Below are positions 10,495-20,383 of a DNA stretch of 64,000 bases, in pieces. The notes under the pieces were generated by a model. It did no database searches and had not been told where the DNA came from. It worked only from the letters and a program-made list of their open reading frames with translations. The DNA is from Acidimicrobiia bacterium (GTDB taxonomy: Bacteria; Actinomycetota; Acidimicrobiia; Spongiisociales; Spongiisociaceae): contig JAJEIM010000004.1 of the NCBI GenBank assembly GCA_022827785.1, positions 7,409-71,408 on the forward strand. Reading direction: 5' to 3'. A program made the position numbers and the translations under genes. Every line of letters begins with the position of its first letter. Position 1 is the stretch's first letter.

Positions 10495-10982
10495 GCGCTC
10501 CCCCCTTCCGTGGACATGACGGCGGCTGCCGCCTGTACCGACTCGACGATCTTCTGGTAGCCGGTACAGCGGCAGATGTTGCCGCCCATCTCTTCCCGTA
10601 TCTCCTGCGGAGTCGGATCCGGGTTCCGTGATACCACGTCGATCCCGGCCAGGATCATCCCCGGCGTGCAGAAGCCGCACTGCAGGCCGTGGTACTCGGA
10701 GAATGCCTGTTGCATCGGGTGGAGATCGTCCCCCGCCCCGATGCCCTCGATGGTGGTTATCTCCGCGCCATCCGCCTGTACGGCGAGCAGCAGGCAGGAT
10801 CGGACAACCTCGCCGTCGAGCAGGATCGTGCAGGCGCCGCACACCCCGTGCTCGCACCCGAGGTGGGTCCCGGTAAGACCCAGATCCTCACGTATGGCAT
10901 CCGCCAGTGTCTTGCGCGGCTCGACCGAGACCGCCCGGCCGCTTCCGTTGACGTTGAGTACGACGCTCATCGTTTCAGCCAT
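10491..10982 (-). CDS. 2x[2Fe-2S] small subunit (CoxS-like)
   Basis: GCEHGVCGAC, QCGFCTPG and CRCTGY motifs. Confidence 0.95.
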   Translation of the reverse strand: MAETMSVVLNVNGSGRAVSVEPRKTLADAIREDLGLTGTHLGCEHGVCGACTILLDGEVVRSCLLLAVQADGAEITTIEGIGAGDDLHPMQQAFSEYHGLQCGFCTPGMILAGIDVVSRNPDPTPQEIREEMGGNICRCTGYQKIVESVQAAAAVMSTEGGSA

Positions 10983-11847
10983 TTCCGCCTCCTGAATTGC
11001 CGGCCGCCTCCTTCAAGGCCCGTACCGTCAGCACGTTGATCAGGTGACTCCTGTACTCGGCCGTTCCGTGAACATCCGAGGTCGCGGGAAAGTCCGCAGC
11101 CGCACCGGCCCCGGCCGCCGCGAAGGCGGCGTCTCCCGTCTCGGCGCCCAACAGTGCGGCCTCCGCGGTGGGTAGCCGGGTGGCATGGGTGCCGCCGAAC
11201 GCCCCCAGCGCCGCCTGCGTGATGGTCGACCCGTCGGTCGTGATCACCGCCGCGACCCCAGCCAGAGCGAAGTCGCCGTGCCTGCGGGCGAACTCCTGGA
11301 ATCCGGAAGTGCTGGACGCCGCTGCCGCCGGTATCCGGATCTCGGTCAGCAGCTCCGTGTCGCCCAGGGTCGTCTCGAACAGGCGATCCTCGATGAGGTC
11401 CTGCATCCCGACGACCCGCTCGCCATCCGCCGACCGGGCGGTGACCTCGGCATCGAGAGCCATCAGCACCGCCGGGAGTTCCGCCGCCGGATCGTTGTGG
11501 GCCAGCGAGCCACCGATCGTCCCCCGGTTGCGGATCGCCCGGTGGCCGATGTGGGCCACGGCCTTGGGGATGATCGGATGCGCCCCCGCCACGTCACCCG
11601 ATTCGCCGAGCGCAGTGAGGCGGGTCATGGAACCGATCCGCAGCGTCCCGTTGGCCGAGATGTACGACAGCGAGTCGACCCCGTTGACGTCGATCAGGTG
11701 GGCCGGCCTCGCCAACCTGAAGTTGAGCATCGGGACGAGGCTCTGGCCACCTGCCAGGACTTTCGCCCCCGATCCGTGTTCAGCCAGAAGATCGAGGGCC
11801 TCCGCGATGCTTTCCGGCGCCGAGTAATCAAAGGCCGCTGGTTTCAT
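10975..11847 (-). CDS. FAD-binding medium subunit (CoxM-like)
   Basis: MKPAAFDY start; AGGQSL, IRNRGTIGGS and RRHGDFA motifs. Confidence 0.93.
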   Translation of the reverse strand: MKPAAFDYSAPESIAEALDLLAEHGSGAKVLAGGQSLVPMLNFRLARPAHLIDVNGVDSLSYISANGTLRIGSMTRLTALGESGDVAGAHPIIPKAVAHIGHRAIRNRGTIGGSLAHNDPAAELPAVLMALDAEVTARSADGERVVGMQDLIEDRLFETTLGDTELLTEIRIPAAAASSTSGFQEFARRHGDFALAGVAAVITTDGSTITQAALGAFGGTHATRLPTAEAALLGAETGDAAFAAAGAGAAADFPATSDVHGTAEYRSHLINVLTVRALKEAAGNSGGGNG

Positions 11848-12185
11848 GGGCGGCTCACCTCCTGCATGACGGCGCTCCAACCAGACCGACGATTATGTCC
11901 GTCCTTTCGAACGATCATAGACAGCGGGCACCACCCGGCGCGGGGCGATTCGCGCTCGATAACCCGAGCCGGCCCGGGAATTCACCGGATAGCGAGACCC
12001 GGTGGTATCCGTCGTGACCCGGCCGATCACGGCCCGCCTTTGTGGCACTACCGGAGGAAGACACCGAAGCGGCTCGCCCGGCTCCGACCGAGGGGGCCAT
12101 TCGATGCCCGCACTGCTCTGACTATGATCGGCCACGCCCGGTCCTCGACCGCAGACCACCGCTGAGACCGGGAAAGTGGGTTCGC

Positions 12186-14342
12186 ATGCGCCATGTCGCC
12201 GCTCTGGTAACAGTCACCGCGCTGATACTCGGTCTGGCCGCGTGCGGAGCGGACGAGGGGGCGCCGGCCGGAACCGATGAGGCGGCAACCGGCACTTCTT
12301 TCACGGGAACGGTAAGGATCGGGGCCGCCCTCAGCGAGACCGGCAAGTTCGCGGTGGAGGGACGCGACTCGCGCCAGGGCTACGACACCTGGGTGAGGTG
12401 GGTGAACGAGGTCTACGGGGGCATCCGTATCGGCGACCGCAGCTACGCCGCCGAGATCGTCTACTACGACGACGAGTCCGACGCCGATACGGCCGCCAAC
12501 CTCGTCCAGAAGCTCATCGACGAGGACGGCGTCGACTTCCTGCTCGGCCCCTACTCGAGCGGTCTCACAACCGGCGCCAGCGCGATAGCCGAAGCCAACA
12601 ATGTCCTCATGGTGGAGGGAAACGGGACCTCCGACACCATGTTCGAGCGCGGTTTCCGGAATCTCTTCCTGGTGGCAACCATCGCCAGCGACTACACCAA
12701 GTCGGCCATCGAGGCCGTAGCCGCTCGTGGCGCGCGCACGGCCGTGATCGCCTACGAGGACACATCCTTCCCGACCGCGGTCGCCAACGGCGCCCGTCGA
12801 CACCTGGAGGCCAACGGCATCGAAGTCCTCGCCATGGAGACCTACCCGAAGGACATCCAGGACGCCTCGGCGATCATGACCAAGTTCCGCGATCTCGCTC
12901 CTGACATATTCGTGGGCGGCGGCCACTACAACGACGCTGTGCTCTTCGTGAACGCAGCCAAGGAACTCGGGTTCGTTCCCGACGGGATGCTCATCACGGT
13001 GGGTCCGTCCAATCCCAAGCTGATCGGCGAGTTGGGCGAGGACGTGGAGGGTGTCCTGGGCCCCACCCAGTGGGAACCGGTGATGGCCTACGAGGGTCCA
13101 TACTTCGGCGCCGCCTCGGACTACGCGGCCTACTACGAGAGCCTCTGGGGTGAGCAGCCCGTGTACCAGGCGGCCAGCGCCACCGCCTCCGCCCTCGCCC
13201 TTCACCTGGCTGTCGAGGCCGCCGGAACCACCGAAACCGACGCGGTGCGCGAGGCCCTCTACGCGCTGGAGGCCGACACGTTCTACGGTCCCATCTCGTT
13301 CGACGAGCGCGGTGTCAACACCGCCAAGCCGATGGGCACCGTCCAGGTGCAGGATGGGAAGATCCGGGTGGTGGCGCCTGGCGAGGCGGCAGTCGCCGAC
13401 CTGGTCTACCCGCTGGCCGGTTCGAGTGAGGGCGGGACGGCCTCGACCGCCGAGCGGCTGGCGCAGATGCTGATCAACGGCATCGCCCTGGGCGGCATGT
13501 ACACGCTCCTAGTGCTGGGGTTCTCGATCATCTGGGGGGTGATGGGCGTCATCAACTTCGCCCACGGCGAGTTCGTCATGATCGGCGCCTACATGGCCTG
13601 GCTCGCCAACGACATCTGGGTCGTGGACCCGTTCGTGACCGTGCCCCTGGTGTTCCTGGTGATGATGCTGGTGGGCTTCGTGACGCAACGGCTGCTGGTC
13701 AACCGGGTGATCGACCGGCCGCATCTCGTGTCGCTTCTCGTGATGTTCGCGGTGGCGATCATCCTTCAGAACGTCATGAAGGTGGTCTTCTCGGCCGACT
13801 TCCGACGCGCCGACACCGTACTCGACGGCGTCTGGCAGGTGGCAGGTGAGGTAACGGTCCCCGTCACCCGCTTCTGGATCCTGGTGGTGGCGCTGGTCGT
13901 GGCGGGTGGTCTAAGCCTGTTCCTGTCGCGCAGCCGGCTCGGCAAGAGCATCCGGGCCGCCGCCCAGAACCGGGAAACAGCGCGGATCGTCGGCATCGAT
14001 GTCGCCAAGGTATACGCCGCTACGTTTGCCATCTGTATCGGGATCACCGGCGTGGCCGGCGCGCTCGTGAGCCCGGTGCTGGCGGTGCAACCCTTCCAGG
14101 GTCCGCCCCTGACACTCAAGGCATTCGCCATCACCGCCATGGCGGGACTCGGCTCGGTCCGCGGAGCTCTCGGCGGCGCCATGGTGCTCGGCCTCGTCGA
14201 GGCAGGGCTGGCCATCTACATTCCTCAGATCGGCACCAACCTGGCGGTGGTGGCCTCGTTCGTGCTGCTGGTGGTGGCGCTGGTGGTGCGGCCCCAGGGT
14301 CTCTTCAAGGGTCTCCGGCCCGTCGACGCTACCGCGGCATGA
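12186..14342 (+). CDS. Fused Liv-type ABC substrate-binding lipoprotein and LivH-like permease
   Basis: Lipobox LAAC; binding-protein motifs YDDES and LLGPYSS; continuous frame into permease motifs GVINFAHGE and GKSIRAAAQN. Confidence 0.85.
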   Translation: MRHVAALVTVTALILGLAACGADEGAPAGTDEAATGTSFTGTVRIGAALSETGKFAVEGRDSRQGYDTWVRWVNEVYGGIRIGDRSYAAEIVYYDDESDADTAANLVQKLIDEDGVDFLLGPYSSGLTTGASAIAEANNVLMVEGNGTSDTMFERGFRNLFLVATIASDYTKSAIEAVAARGARTAVIAYEDTSFPTAVANGARRHLEANGIEVLAMETYPKDIQDASAIMTKFRDLAPDIFVGGGHYNDAVLFVNAAKELGFVPDGMLITVGPSNPKLIGELGEDVEGVLGPTQWEPVMAYEGPYFGAASDYAAYYESLWGEQPVYQAASATASALALHLAVEAAGTTETDAVREALYALEADTFYGPISFDERGVNTAKPMGTVQVQDGKIRVVAPGEAAVADLVYPLAGSSEGGTASTAERLAQMLINGIALGGMYTLLVLGFSIIWGVMGVINFAHGEFVMIGAYMAWLANDIWVVDPFVTVPLVFLVMMLVGFVTQRLLVNRVIDRPHLVSLLVMFAVAIILQNVMKVVFSADFRRADTVLDGVWQVAGEVTVPVTRFWILVVALVVAGGLSLFLSRSRLGKSIRAAAQNRETARIVGIDVAKVYAATFAICIGITGVAGALVSPVLAVQPFQGPPLTLKAFAITAMAGLGSVRGALGGAMVLGLVEAGLAIYIPQIGTNLAVVASFVLLVVALVVRPQGLFKGLRPVDATAA

Positions 14343-14402
14343 TCCGGAACCCTCACCCTCCCGGTTCGGCAAGGCTCGCGCCGGGCGCACGGGATCGACC
14401 TC

Positions 14403-15458
14403 ATGACAGCCACTAGGCCCAGCCGGCCTCTGCCCGCCGGCCGCCCTGGAGGCCCGCGCCTCCGACGGGTTCTCGTCAGGGTCTCGTTCGGGTTGCTGGT
14501 GGCGCTAGCGGTGTTGCCGGCCCTGCCTGGCGTCGGCGACTCGGCGCTGTTCACCCTCACCCTGATGCTCACCTCGGTAGCCGTAGCGGTGAACTGGAAC
14601 CTCACCGGAGGGTTCACCGGCTACGTGGACTTCGGCCACGCCGTCTGGTTCGGGACCGGGGCCTACACCACGGCGATCCTGATGTCGCTCCAGACCAACG
14701 GCCCGCAGGTCGGCTGGGCAGCTCCTCCTGCCATCGCCTTGGGCGCTGTGGTGGCGGGCGCCCTGGCCGCGGCCATCGGTAGGGCGACCATGCGCCTCAA
14801 GGGCCCGTACTTCTCGATCGCCATGCTCGGGACTTTCGTGGCCGTCCGCGAGATAGTGCGGGTCTCCGGAGGGCTCACCGGAGGCGGGGTGGGACTGACG
14901 CTGCCCCCCTACCTCAACCGGCCGCTCTTCTACTACATCCAGCTGGCGCTGGTCGCCGGGCTGGTTGCTTTCACATGGTGGTTGCGGGGCACGCGCTTCG
15001 GCGCCGCCCTGGTGGCCATCCGGGAGGACGAGGTAGGGGCGGAGATGCGCGGGATCAACACGACGCGTCTCAAGGTGATCGTGTTCAGCTTCGCCGGATT
15101 CTCCACCGGGTTGTTCGGGGGATTGTGGGCCTACCAGAACACTTTCGTCGACCCCGACATCGCCTTCGTGGAGATCAGAACCGTCGATGCGGTGATGGGC
15201 ACCATGCTCGGCGGCCTCGGCACCGTGGCCGGGCCGGTCGTGGGGGCCGTCGTGCTGTTCTGGATGCGCGAGGTGCTATGGGCCAACCTTCTCGATTACC
15301 ACCTGATCGCGCAGGGTGTGCTCCTGATCGTGATTGTCCTGTTCCTCCCCAGGGGTCTGGTCGGGATCGTAGACCCGCGAGGCGCCTCGATCACCGCCAT
15401 GTGGCGACGATGGCTCGGGCGAGGCGCCCACCCGGAGACGCAGGAGGAGGAATCATGA
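14403..15458 (+). CDS. Branched-chain amino acid-type ABC permease (LivM-like)
   Basis: WNLTGGFTGYVDFGH, LKGPYF, AIREDE and GGLGT motifs. Confidence 0.9.
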   Translation: MTATRPSRPLPAGRPGGPRLRRVLVRVSFGLLVALAVLPALPGVGDSALFTLTLMLTSVAVAVNWNLTGGFTGYVDFGHAVWFGTGAYTTAILMSLQTNGPQVGWAAPPAIALGAVVAGALAAAIGRATMRLKGPYFSIAMLGTFVAVREIVRVSGGLTGGGVGLTLPPYLNRPLFYYIQLALVAGLVAFTWWLRGTRFGAALVAIREDEVGAEMRGINTTRLKVIVFSFAGFSTGLFGGLWAYQNTFVDPDIAFVEIRTVDAVMGTMLGGLGTVAGPVVGAVVLFWMREVLWANLLDYHLIAQGVLLIVIVLFLPRGLVGIVDPRGASITAMWRRWLGRGAHPETQEEES

Positions 15459-16201
15459 CCGCGTTACTGGATGCCCGCGGCGTGGTGAAGCGGTTCGGCG
15501 GGCTGACCGCGGTGGACGGGGTGAATATCAGCGTCGGCGCCGGTGAGCTGGTGGGGCTCATCGGTCCCAACGGCAGCGGCAAGACCACCCTGTTCGACTG
15601 CCTGAGCCGGGTATCGGCCATCGATTCGGGTTCGATCAGCTTCGACGGAGTCGACATCACCCGGCGGCGGCCCCATCAGGTCGCCCGGCTCGGCCTGGCC
15701 CGCACCTTCCAACTGATCCGGGTGTACCGCGAGCTGACCGTCTCCGAGAACATGGAGTTGAGCATCCAGTGGAGGCGGATCGGGACGACTCGCCTGTTCG
15801 GCCGGACGGATGCGGCGACCCGCCGGCGCGTCGAGTCCCTCCTGGAGTTCCTGATGCTCTCCCGGCTCCGGCACGAGCGCGCCGGCGCCCTGTCGGGCGG
15901 CCAGCGCCGCCTGCTCGAGATCGGGATGGCCCTGATGAGCGAGCCGAGGCTGCTACTGCTGGACGAGGCCACGTCCGGGGTCAATCCCACTCTCGTATCC
16001 GAGATCGCCGATCGGCTGCAAGAGGTCAACTCGAACGGTGTGGCCATCCTGCTGGTTGAACACAACGTGGGATTCGTGGCCGAGTTGTGCCACCGGGTGG
16101 TGGTGCTCGACCGCGGCGCCAAGCTGGCCGAAGGCACGCCGAGCCAGGTCATGGCGGATCCCGCCGTCATCGAGGCCTACTTCGGGGCGGAGGGGGAGTA
16201 G
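15455..16201 (+). CDS. ABC ATPase (LivG-like)
   Basis: GPNGSGKT, LSGGQ, LLLDE and EH motifs; ATGA overlap with the upstream permease. Confidence 0.92.
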   Translation: MTALLDARGVVKRFGGLTAVDGVNISVGAGELVGLIGPNGSGKTTLFDCLSRVSAIDSGSISFDGVDITRRRPHQVARLGLARTFQLIRVYRELTVSENMELSIQWRRIGTTRLFGRTDAATRRRVESLLEFLMLSRLRHERAGALSGGQRRLLEIGMALMSEPRLLLLDEATSGVNPTLVSEIADRLQEVNSNGVAILLVEHNVGFVAELCHRVVVLDRGAKLAEGTPSQVMADPAVIEAYFGAEGE

Positions 16202-16205
16202 CGGC

Positions 16206-16943
16206 ATGACCGCCGCGGGACGACCGCTACTCGAGGTAATCGACATGAGCGCCGGCTACTACGCGGGCCACAACGTCGTCCACCACCTCGATCTCGAGGT
16301 GGCCGAGGGGGAGATCGTCTGCGTCATCGGGCCCAACGGCGCGGGCAAGTCCACCGTCTTCAGAGCGATCTACGGCCTTGCGGAGGTGCGCTCCGGTCAC
16401 GTGCTGTGCGATGGCGTGGACATAACCGGCATCGCCCCGCAGGATGCGTTGCGGACTGCCCGGATGGCCATGGTCCCCCAGCTCCGAAGCGTCTTCCCGC
16501 AGATGACGGTTTACGAGAACCTCGAGCTGGGTATGTTCCTGGAACGCGACAAGGCCAGGGTCCGCGCCCGGATCGACTACGTCTACGGCCTGTTCCCGCG
16601 GCTCGCCCAGCGCTCGCGGCAGGCCGCGGGGACGATGTCCGGTGGGGAGCAGCGCATGCTCGAGATCGGCCGGTCCCTGCTGCACGAGCCCCGTATCGTC
16701 CTGATGGACGAGCCCTCGGCGGGCCTGGCGCCGATCGTCACCCGCCAGGTGTTCGAGGCCATCCGGCAGCTGAACCACGAGATCGGCCTGACCGTACTGA
16801 TGATCGAGCAGAACGCCCGCCAGGGACTCGAGGCCAGCCACCGCGGCTACGTGCTCGAGATGGGCCGCAACCGCTACCAGGGTCCGGCGAGTGAGCTGCT
16901 AGCCGACCCCGAGGTCCGGAGGGCCTTTCTCGGAGTGCGTTGA
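16206..16943 (+). CDS. ABC ATPase (LivF-like)
   Basis: GPNGAGKS, MSGGEQ, MDEPSAGL and EQN motifs. Confidence 0.92.
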   Translation: MTAAGRPLLEVIDMSAGYYAGHNVVHHLDLEVAEGEIVCVIGPNGAGKSTVFRAIYGLAEVRSGHVLCDGVDITGIAPQDALRTARMAMVPQLRSVFPQMTVYENLELGMFLERDKARVRARIDYVYGLFPRLAQRSRQAAGTMSGGEQRMLEIGRSLLHEPRIVLMDEPSAGLAPIVTRQVFEAIRQLNHEIGLTVLMIEQNARQGLEASHRGYVLEMGRNRYQGPASELLADPEVRRAFLGVR

Positions 16944-16989
16944 GACTCCCCCGAACCGTATGCGGCGCCAGGATATGCTTCCGGACGCG

Positions 16990-17052
16990 CCGGGTGCATC
17001 AGACCGGGTGCATTAGACCGGGTGCATTAGACCGGGTCCATTAGACATTAGA
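16990..17052. repeat. 14-bp tandem repeat, consensus CCGGGTGCATTAGA, four copies plus a partial CATTAGA
   Basis: Units at 16990, 17004, 17018 and 17032; partial copy at 17046. Confidence 0.9.
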
Positions 17053-17088
17053 TTGGACCGGAGGACCGGACACGAGAAAGGGCGGGAG

Positions 17089-18414
17089 ATGGCTGCCACT
17101 GCGCTGGTAGGTGGAAGGGTGATCGACGGCACCGGAAAGGCGCCGATCGACGATGCTGTGGTGCTCATCGACGGGGATCGGATCGATGCCGTGTTCCGTA
17201 GGGGCGACATGGAGGTTCCCTCCGGAGCCGACATGGTGGACATATCCGGCTCGACGGTGATACCCGGCCTGATCGACTGCCACGTCCACGTGGGGGTGCT
17301 GGCCGACAACTCCTTCCTGCAGGTGGAGGATCCGGCCTCCCTCGCCGACCAGTTCATGACCACCCTGCTCCGTCATGGAGTAACCACCGTCCGGGACACC
17401 GGCAACTTCAACCCGGATGAGGTGTTCCGTAGCTTCAAGCAGGGAAGGGACACCTGGCCGCGCTTCTTCGGCGCCGGCACGATCCTGGATGGCCCGGCCG
17501 ATCCTCCGGCGCCGTGGCGCTGGCTGGCGATCATCGACGACGAGGCTTCCGCCCGCGCCGAGACCGCCCGGCTGGTGGAGGCCGGCATGGACTTCATCAA
17601 GGTATACGTGTGGGCGCGGCTGCCGGTGCTGCGGGCGGTCGTCTCCGAAGCGCACCGCCGGGGGGTGCGGGTGGCTGCTCACGTGGGGCACATGATCACC
17701 GTCGAGGAAGCCGTCAAGGTCGGCGTCGATGCCCTCGAGCACGTACGCGTGGGCCGCGAACTGGTGCCCGAGGAACACCAGGAGGCGCTGGCCGCGCTGC
17801 CGGGCCGGATACTGGACCCCCTGGTCGGCTTCCAGCCGTGGCGTTACATCGACCCGGAGTCGGACCTAGCCGACGGTCTCATCGCACTGATGGCCGAGCG
17901 GGGCACCTTCATCACGCCCACCCTGACCCTTTCTCAAAGCATCCTGGCCGGCAACACGCCGGCGGGCACCTGCCCGGACGGTCTGGACGAGATGCCCCAG
18001 GCGGTCGCCGAGCAGTGGAGCCAGTACGCCTACCCCTTCGACTACAGCGAGACCGACTGGGATGCGGCCCCGGTGGAGTTACGAAACCAGATGGCGTTCA
18101 TCGGACGGGCCCAGAGGGGCGGTGTGAACGTAACGGCGGGGACGGACCTGACCAACCCGTTCGTGGTGCCCGGCCACAGCATGCACGAGGAGTTGCGCCT
18201 GCTGGTGGACGGCTGCGGGTTCACCCCCACCGAAGCCATCGTGGCGGCCACCAGCCGGGCCGCGGAGCTGCTCGGGCAGGGCGACGAGCTCGGCAGCGTG
18301 GAGAAGCGAAAGCTGGCCGACCTGGTGGTGCTCGAAGCCGATCCCCTGGAAGACATTCGCAACACCCGACGTATTTCCGCCGTCTACAAGGGAGGGCAGC
18401 GGGCCTCCGCCTGA
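17089..18414 (+). CDS. Metal-dependent amidohydrolase family protein
   Basis: PGLIDCHVH, GVTTVRD, FIKVY, AH, EH, AGTD and ADLVVL motifs. Confidence 0.88.
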   Translation: MAATALVGGRVIDGTGKAPIDDAVVLIDGDRIDAVFRRGDMEVPSGADMVDISGSTVIPGLIDCHVHVGVLADNSFLQVEDPASLADQFMTTLLRHGVTTVRDTGNFNPDEVFRSFKQGRDTWPRFFGAGTILDGPADPPAPWRWLAIIDDEASARAETARLVEAGMDFIKVYVWARLPVLRAVVSEAHRRGVRVAAHVGHMITVEEAVKVGVDALEHVRVGRELVPEEHQEALAALPGRILDPLVGFQPWRYIDPESDLADGLIALMAERGTFITPTLTLSQSILAGNTPAGTCPDGLDEMPQAVAEQWSQYAYPFDYSETDWDAAPVELRNQMAFIGRAQRGGVNVTAGTDLTNPFVVPGHSMHEELRLLVDGCGFTPTEAIVAATSRAAELLGQGDELGSVEKRKLADLVVLEADPLEDIRNTRRISAVYKGGQRASA

Positions 18415-18435
18415 GCCGGGTTCGGCGAAGCCCGA

Positions 18436-19290
18436 TCAGGCGGGGATGATTCTCAGCCGGGCACCGGCGGCCGCCTCCGGGTCGATATCGATGGCCCCGC
18501 GCGTCTCCTTGTAGGGCACCCGGTTACGAGCCAGCGTCCGGGCGGTTGCGGCGATGTCGCCCGCGGACAGGACCAGCCGGAACGGGCCGGGTCCCCGCCG
18601 GTCCAGTTCGGACGCGACGGCGCCGGATCCGACCGGCTGGTGGACGCCCAGCCGGAAACCCGGCAGCCGGTAGTGACGGCTCGCCGCGCCGGGTAACGGA
18701 CGGCCGTCCCGCAGCCGCATGCCGAAAGCCCGCTCGTAGACGGCTATGCCATCGTCAAGGTCTTCTACTGCGAGATCGATCGCCGCCACCGATTCGACCC
18801 GGCATGCATGGCCGCCCGGAGGGTCCCAGGCCAGCAACTCGTTCTCCGCAGTGATCCAGTCGATCAGGTACGGCCAGGGCTTGCGCCACGGGGAGGACCC
18901 CGGCACCAGCAGGTGCCACTCCAGCCGGCCGCCGCGGGGATGGATGCGGTCCATCTCGAACGGACCCTCCACCTCCATACCGAGCCCGCGCAGCCCTGAG
19001 GCCTCTTTCTCGAGCCCGGTCCCGGCCAGGACGAATCCCACCAATCCCGAGTCCTGCTCCAGGAAGGACAGCAGGTCCGCCCCGAAAGCACCCCTTGATC
19101 GGGCCGTGTCGGGATATTCCACCGACAGCAACTCCAGGTAGTCGAGGCCGAACCGGACGATGGCGTTGCGGGTGCCGAGCGACGGGTGGCGCCCCCCGAT
19201 CGCTACCTCGAATCCCAGCCTGTGGAAGGCATCCATAGCCTCCGTCAGATCAGGGACCCCGATCACAGCGTGGTCGAAGCGCTCGATCAC
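18436..19290 (-). CDS. VOC / glyoxalase-like domain protein
   Basis: FDHAVI, GGRHPSLGTRN, YLEL and PYLIDW motifs; GTG start overlaps the upstream TGA. Confidence 0.8.
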   Translation of the reverse strand: MIERFDHAVIGVPDLTEAMDAFHRLGFEVAIGGRHPSLGTRNAIVRFGLDYLELLSVEYPDTARSRGAFGADLLSFLEQDSGLVGFVLAGTGLEKEASGLRGLGMEVEGPFEMDRIHPRGGRLEWHLLVPGSSPWRKPWPYLIDWITAENELLAWDPPGGHACRVESVAAIDLAVEDLDDGIAVYERAFGMRLRDGRPLPGAASRHYRLPGFRLGVHQPVGSGAVASELDRRGPGPFRLVLSAGDIAATARTLARNRVPYKETRGAIDIDPEAAAGARLRIIPA

Positions 19291-20285
19291 GATGCGCTCA
19301 TCCCCACCAGTGCGGGCAGGACCTCGTCCGTGACACGCCGGAACTGGGCCGCCTCGTCGTAGCCCACCAGCCTGAGGGTGACGGTCGTCGCCCCCGCTTT
19401 CACGAACTCCCGTATCAGACCCGCGCATCGGGAAGGACCGCCCACGGCCACCCACCTTTCCAGGAAGGTGCGGTCGTATTCGACGCCGTAGTAGTCCTTG
19501 AGGTACGAGGCCACCTCGTCCATGCCCCGGTCCCGGTCGTCGGTGACATGGATGTTGTAGTACAGGCACGCCTCGAACCGGCTGTCCAGCGGCCGCCCCT
19601 CCTCGTCCGCGTACCGGCGGATGGCATCGAGGTTGGCGGAGAAGCTGCTCGGGGTGTTGGCGGTGGTCATCCAACCGTCGCCCAGCCGGGCCACCCGCCG
19701 GAGGGCGCGCTCCGCCAGCTTCGGGAAGGCAGGGTTGGGGTTGGCGGTCACCCAGATCGGCAGTGGCAGGCGGACGGGACGGGGCAGCACGGTCACGTCC
19801 TCGAACCGGTTGTAGGTTCCCTCGTAGGAGGCGTTCTCGGTGGTGGATACGAGGCGGAGCACCTCGATCGCCTCCTCCATCCGCCGGCTCCGGGTGGCCG
19901 GATCGATTCCGAAGGCGGCGAATTCCTCCTCGAACAGGCCGCCGCCCGCCTCGCGCTGGCCCTGGCACGCCACGAAGATAGACCGACCCCCTGAGATGCA
20001 GTCGAAGCTCAACCATTGGTAGGCGAGCAGCAGCGCGTCCCGGAGAGGCATGCTGGCCATGCAGCCGACCCCGAGGCGGACCCGGTCGGTACGGGCCGCC
20101 AGCGCCCCGAGCGCCACCAGGGCGTCGAGGCGGGGCTTGGCGAATATCGAGTCCCCGAGCCAGACCGAATCCCACCTCTCAGAGCGGTCCGCCTCCACAG
20201 CCAGGTCAAGCATCTCGGAGACGGTGGACATCCCGAGCAACACGCTTCGGTTCGACAGCGTGAGGCCGTACTTGACCCGAGTCAT
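19287..20285 (-). CDS. LLM-class flavin-dependent oxidoreductase
   Basis: DSVWLGDS, TDRVRLG and RVARLGDGW motifs. Confidence 0.85.
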   Translation of the reverse strand: MTRVKYGLTLSNRSVLLGMSTVSEMLDLAVEADRSERWDSVWLGDSIFAKPRLDALVALGALAARTDRVRLGVGCMASMPLRDALLLAYQWLSFDCISGGRSIFVACQGQREAGGGLFEEEFAAFGIDPATRSRRMEEAIEVLRLVSTTENASYEGTYNRFEDVTVLPRPVRLPLPIWVTANPNPAFPKLAERALRRVARLGDGWMTTANTPSSFSANLDAIRRYADEEGRPLDSRFEACLYYNIHVTDDRDRGMDEVASYLKDYYGVEYDRTFLERWVAVGGPSRCAGLIREFVKAGATTVTLRLVGYDEAAQFRRVTDEVLPALVGMSAS

Positions 20286-20383
20286 TCAACTCTCCTCTCC
20301 GGCCCGTGAAGCTAGCAAAGCTCGCCGACAACCGGTATCCCGCCCGTTCCCGCCTCGGCCGGATGTCACCCTCCGGTCCTAGA

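Noticed and set aside
8119..11847. Aerobic CO dehydrogenase (coxMSL with coxE)
   Set aside because: The large subunit lacks AYxCSFR (form I) and AYRGAGR (form II); it has STFRGFGG.
16990..17052. CRISPR array
   Set aside because: The repeats are contiguous 14-mers without spacers, and no cas genes are present.
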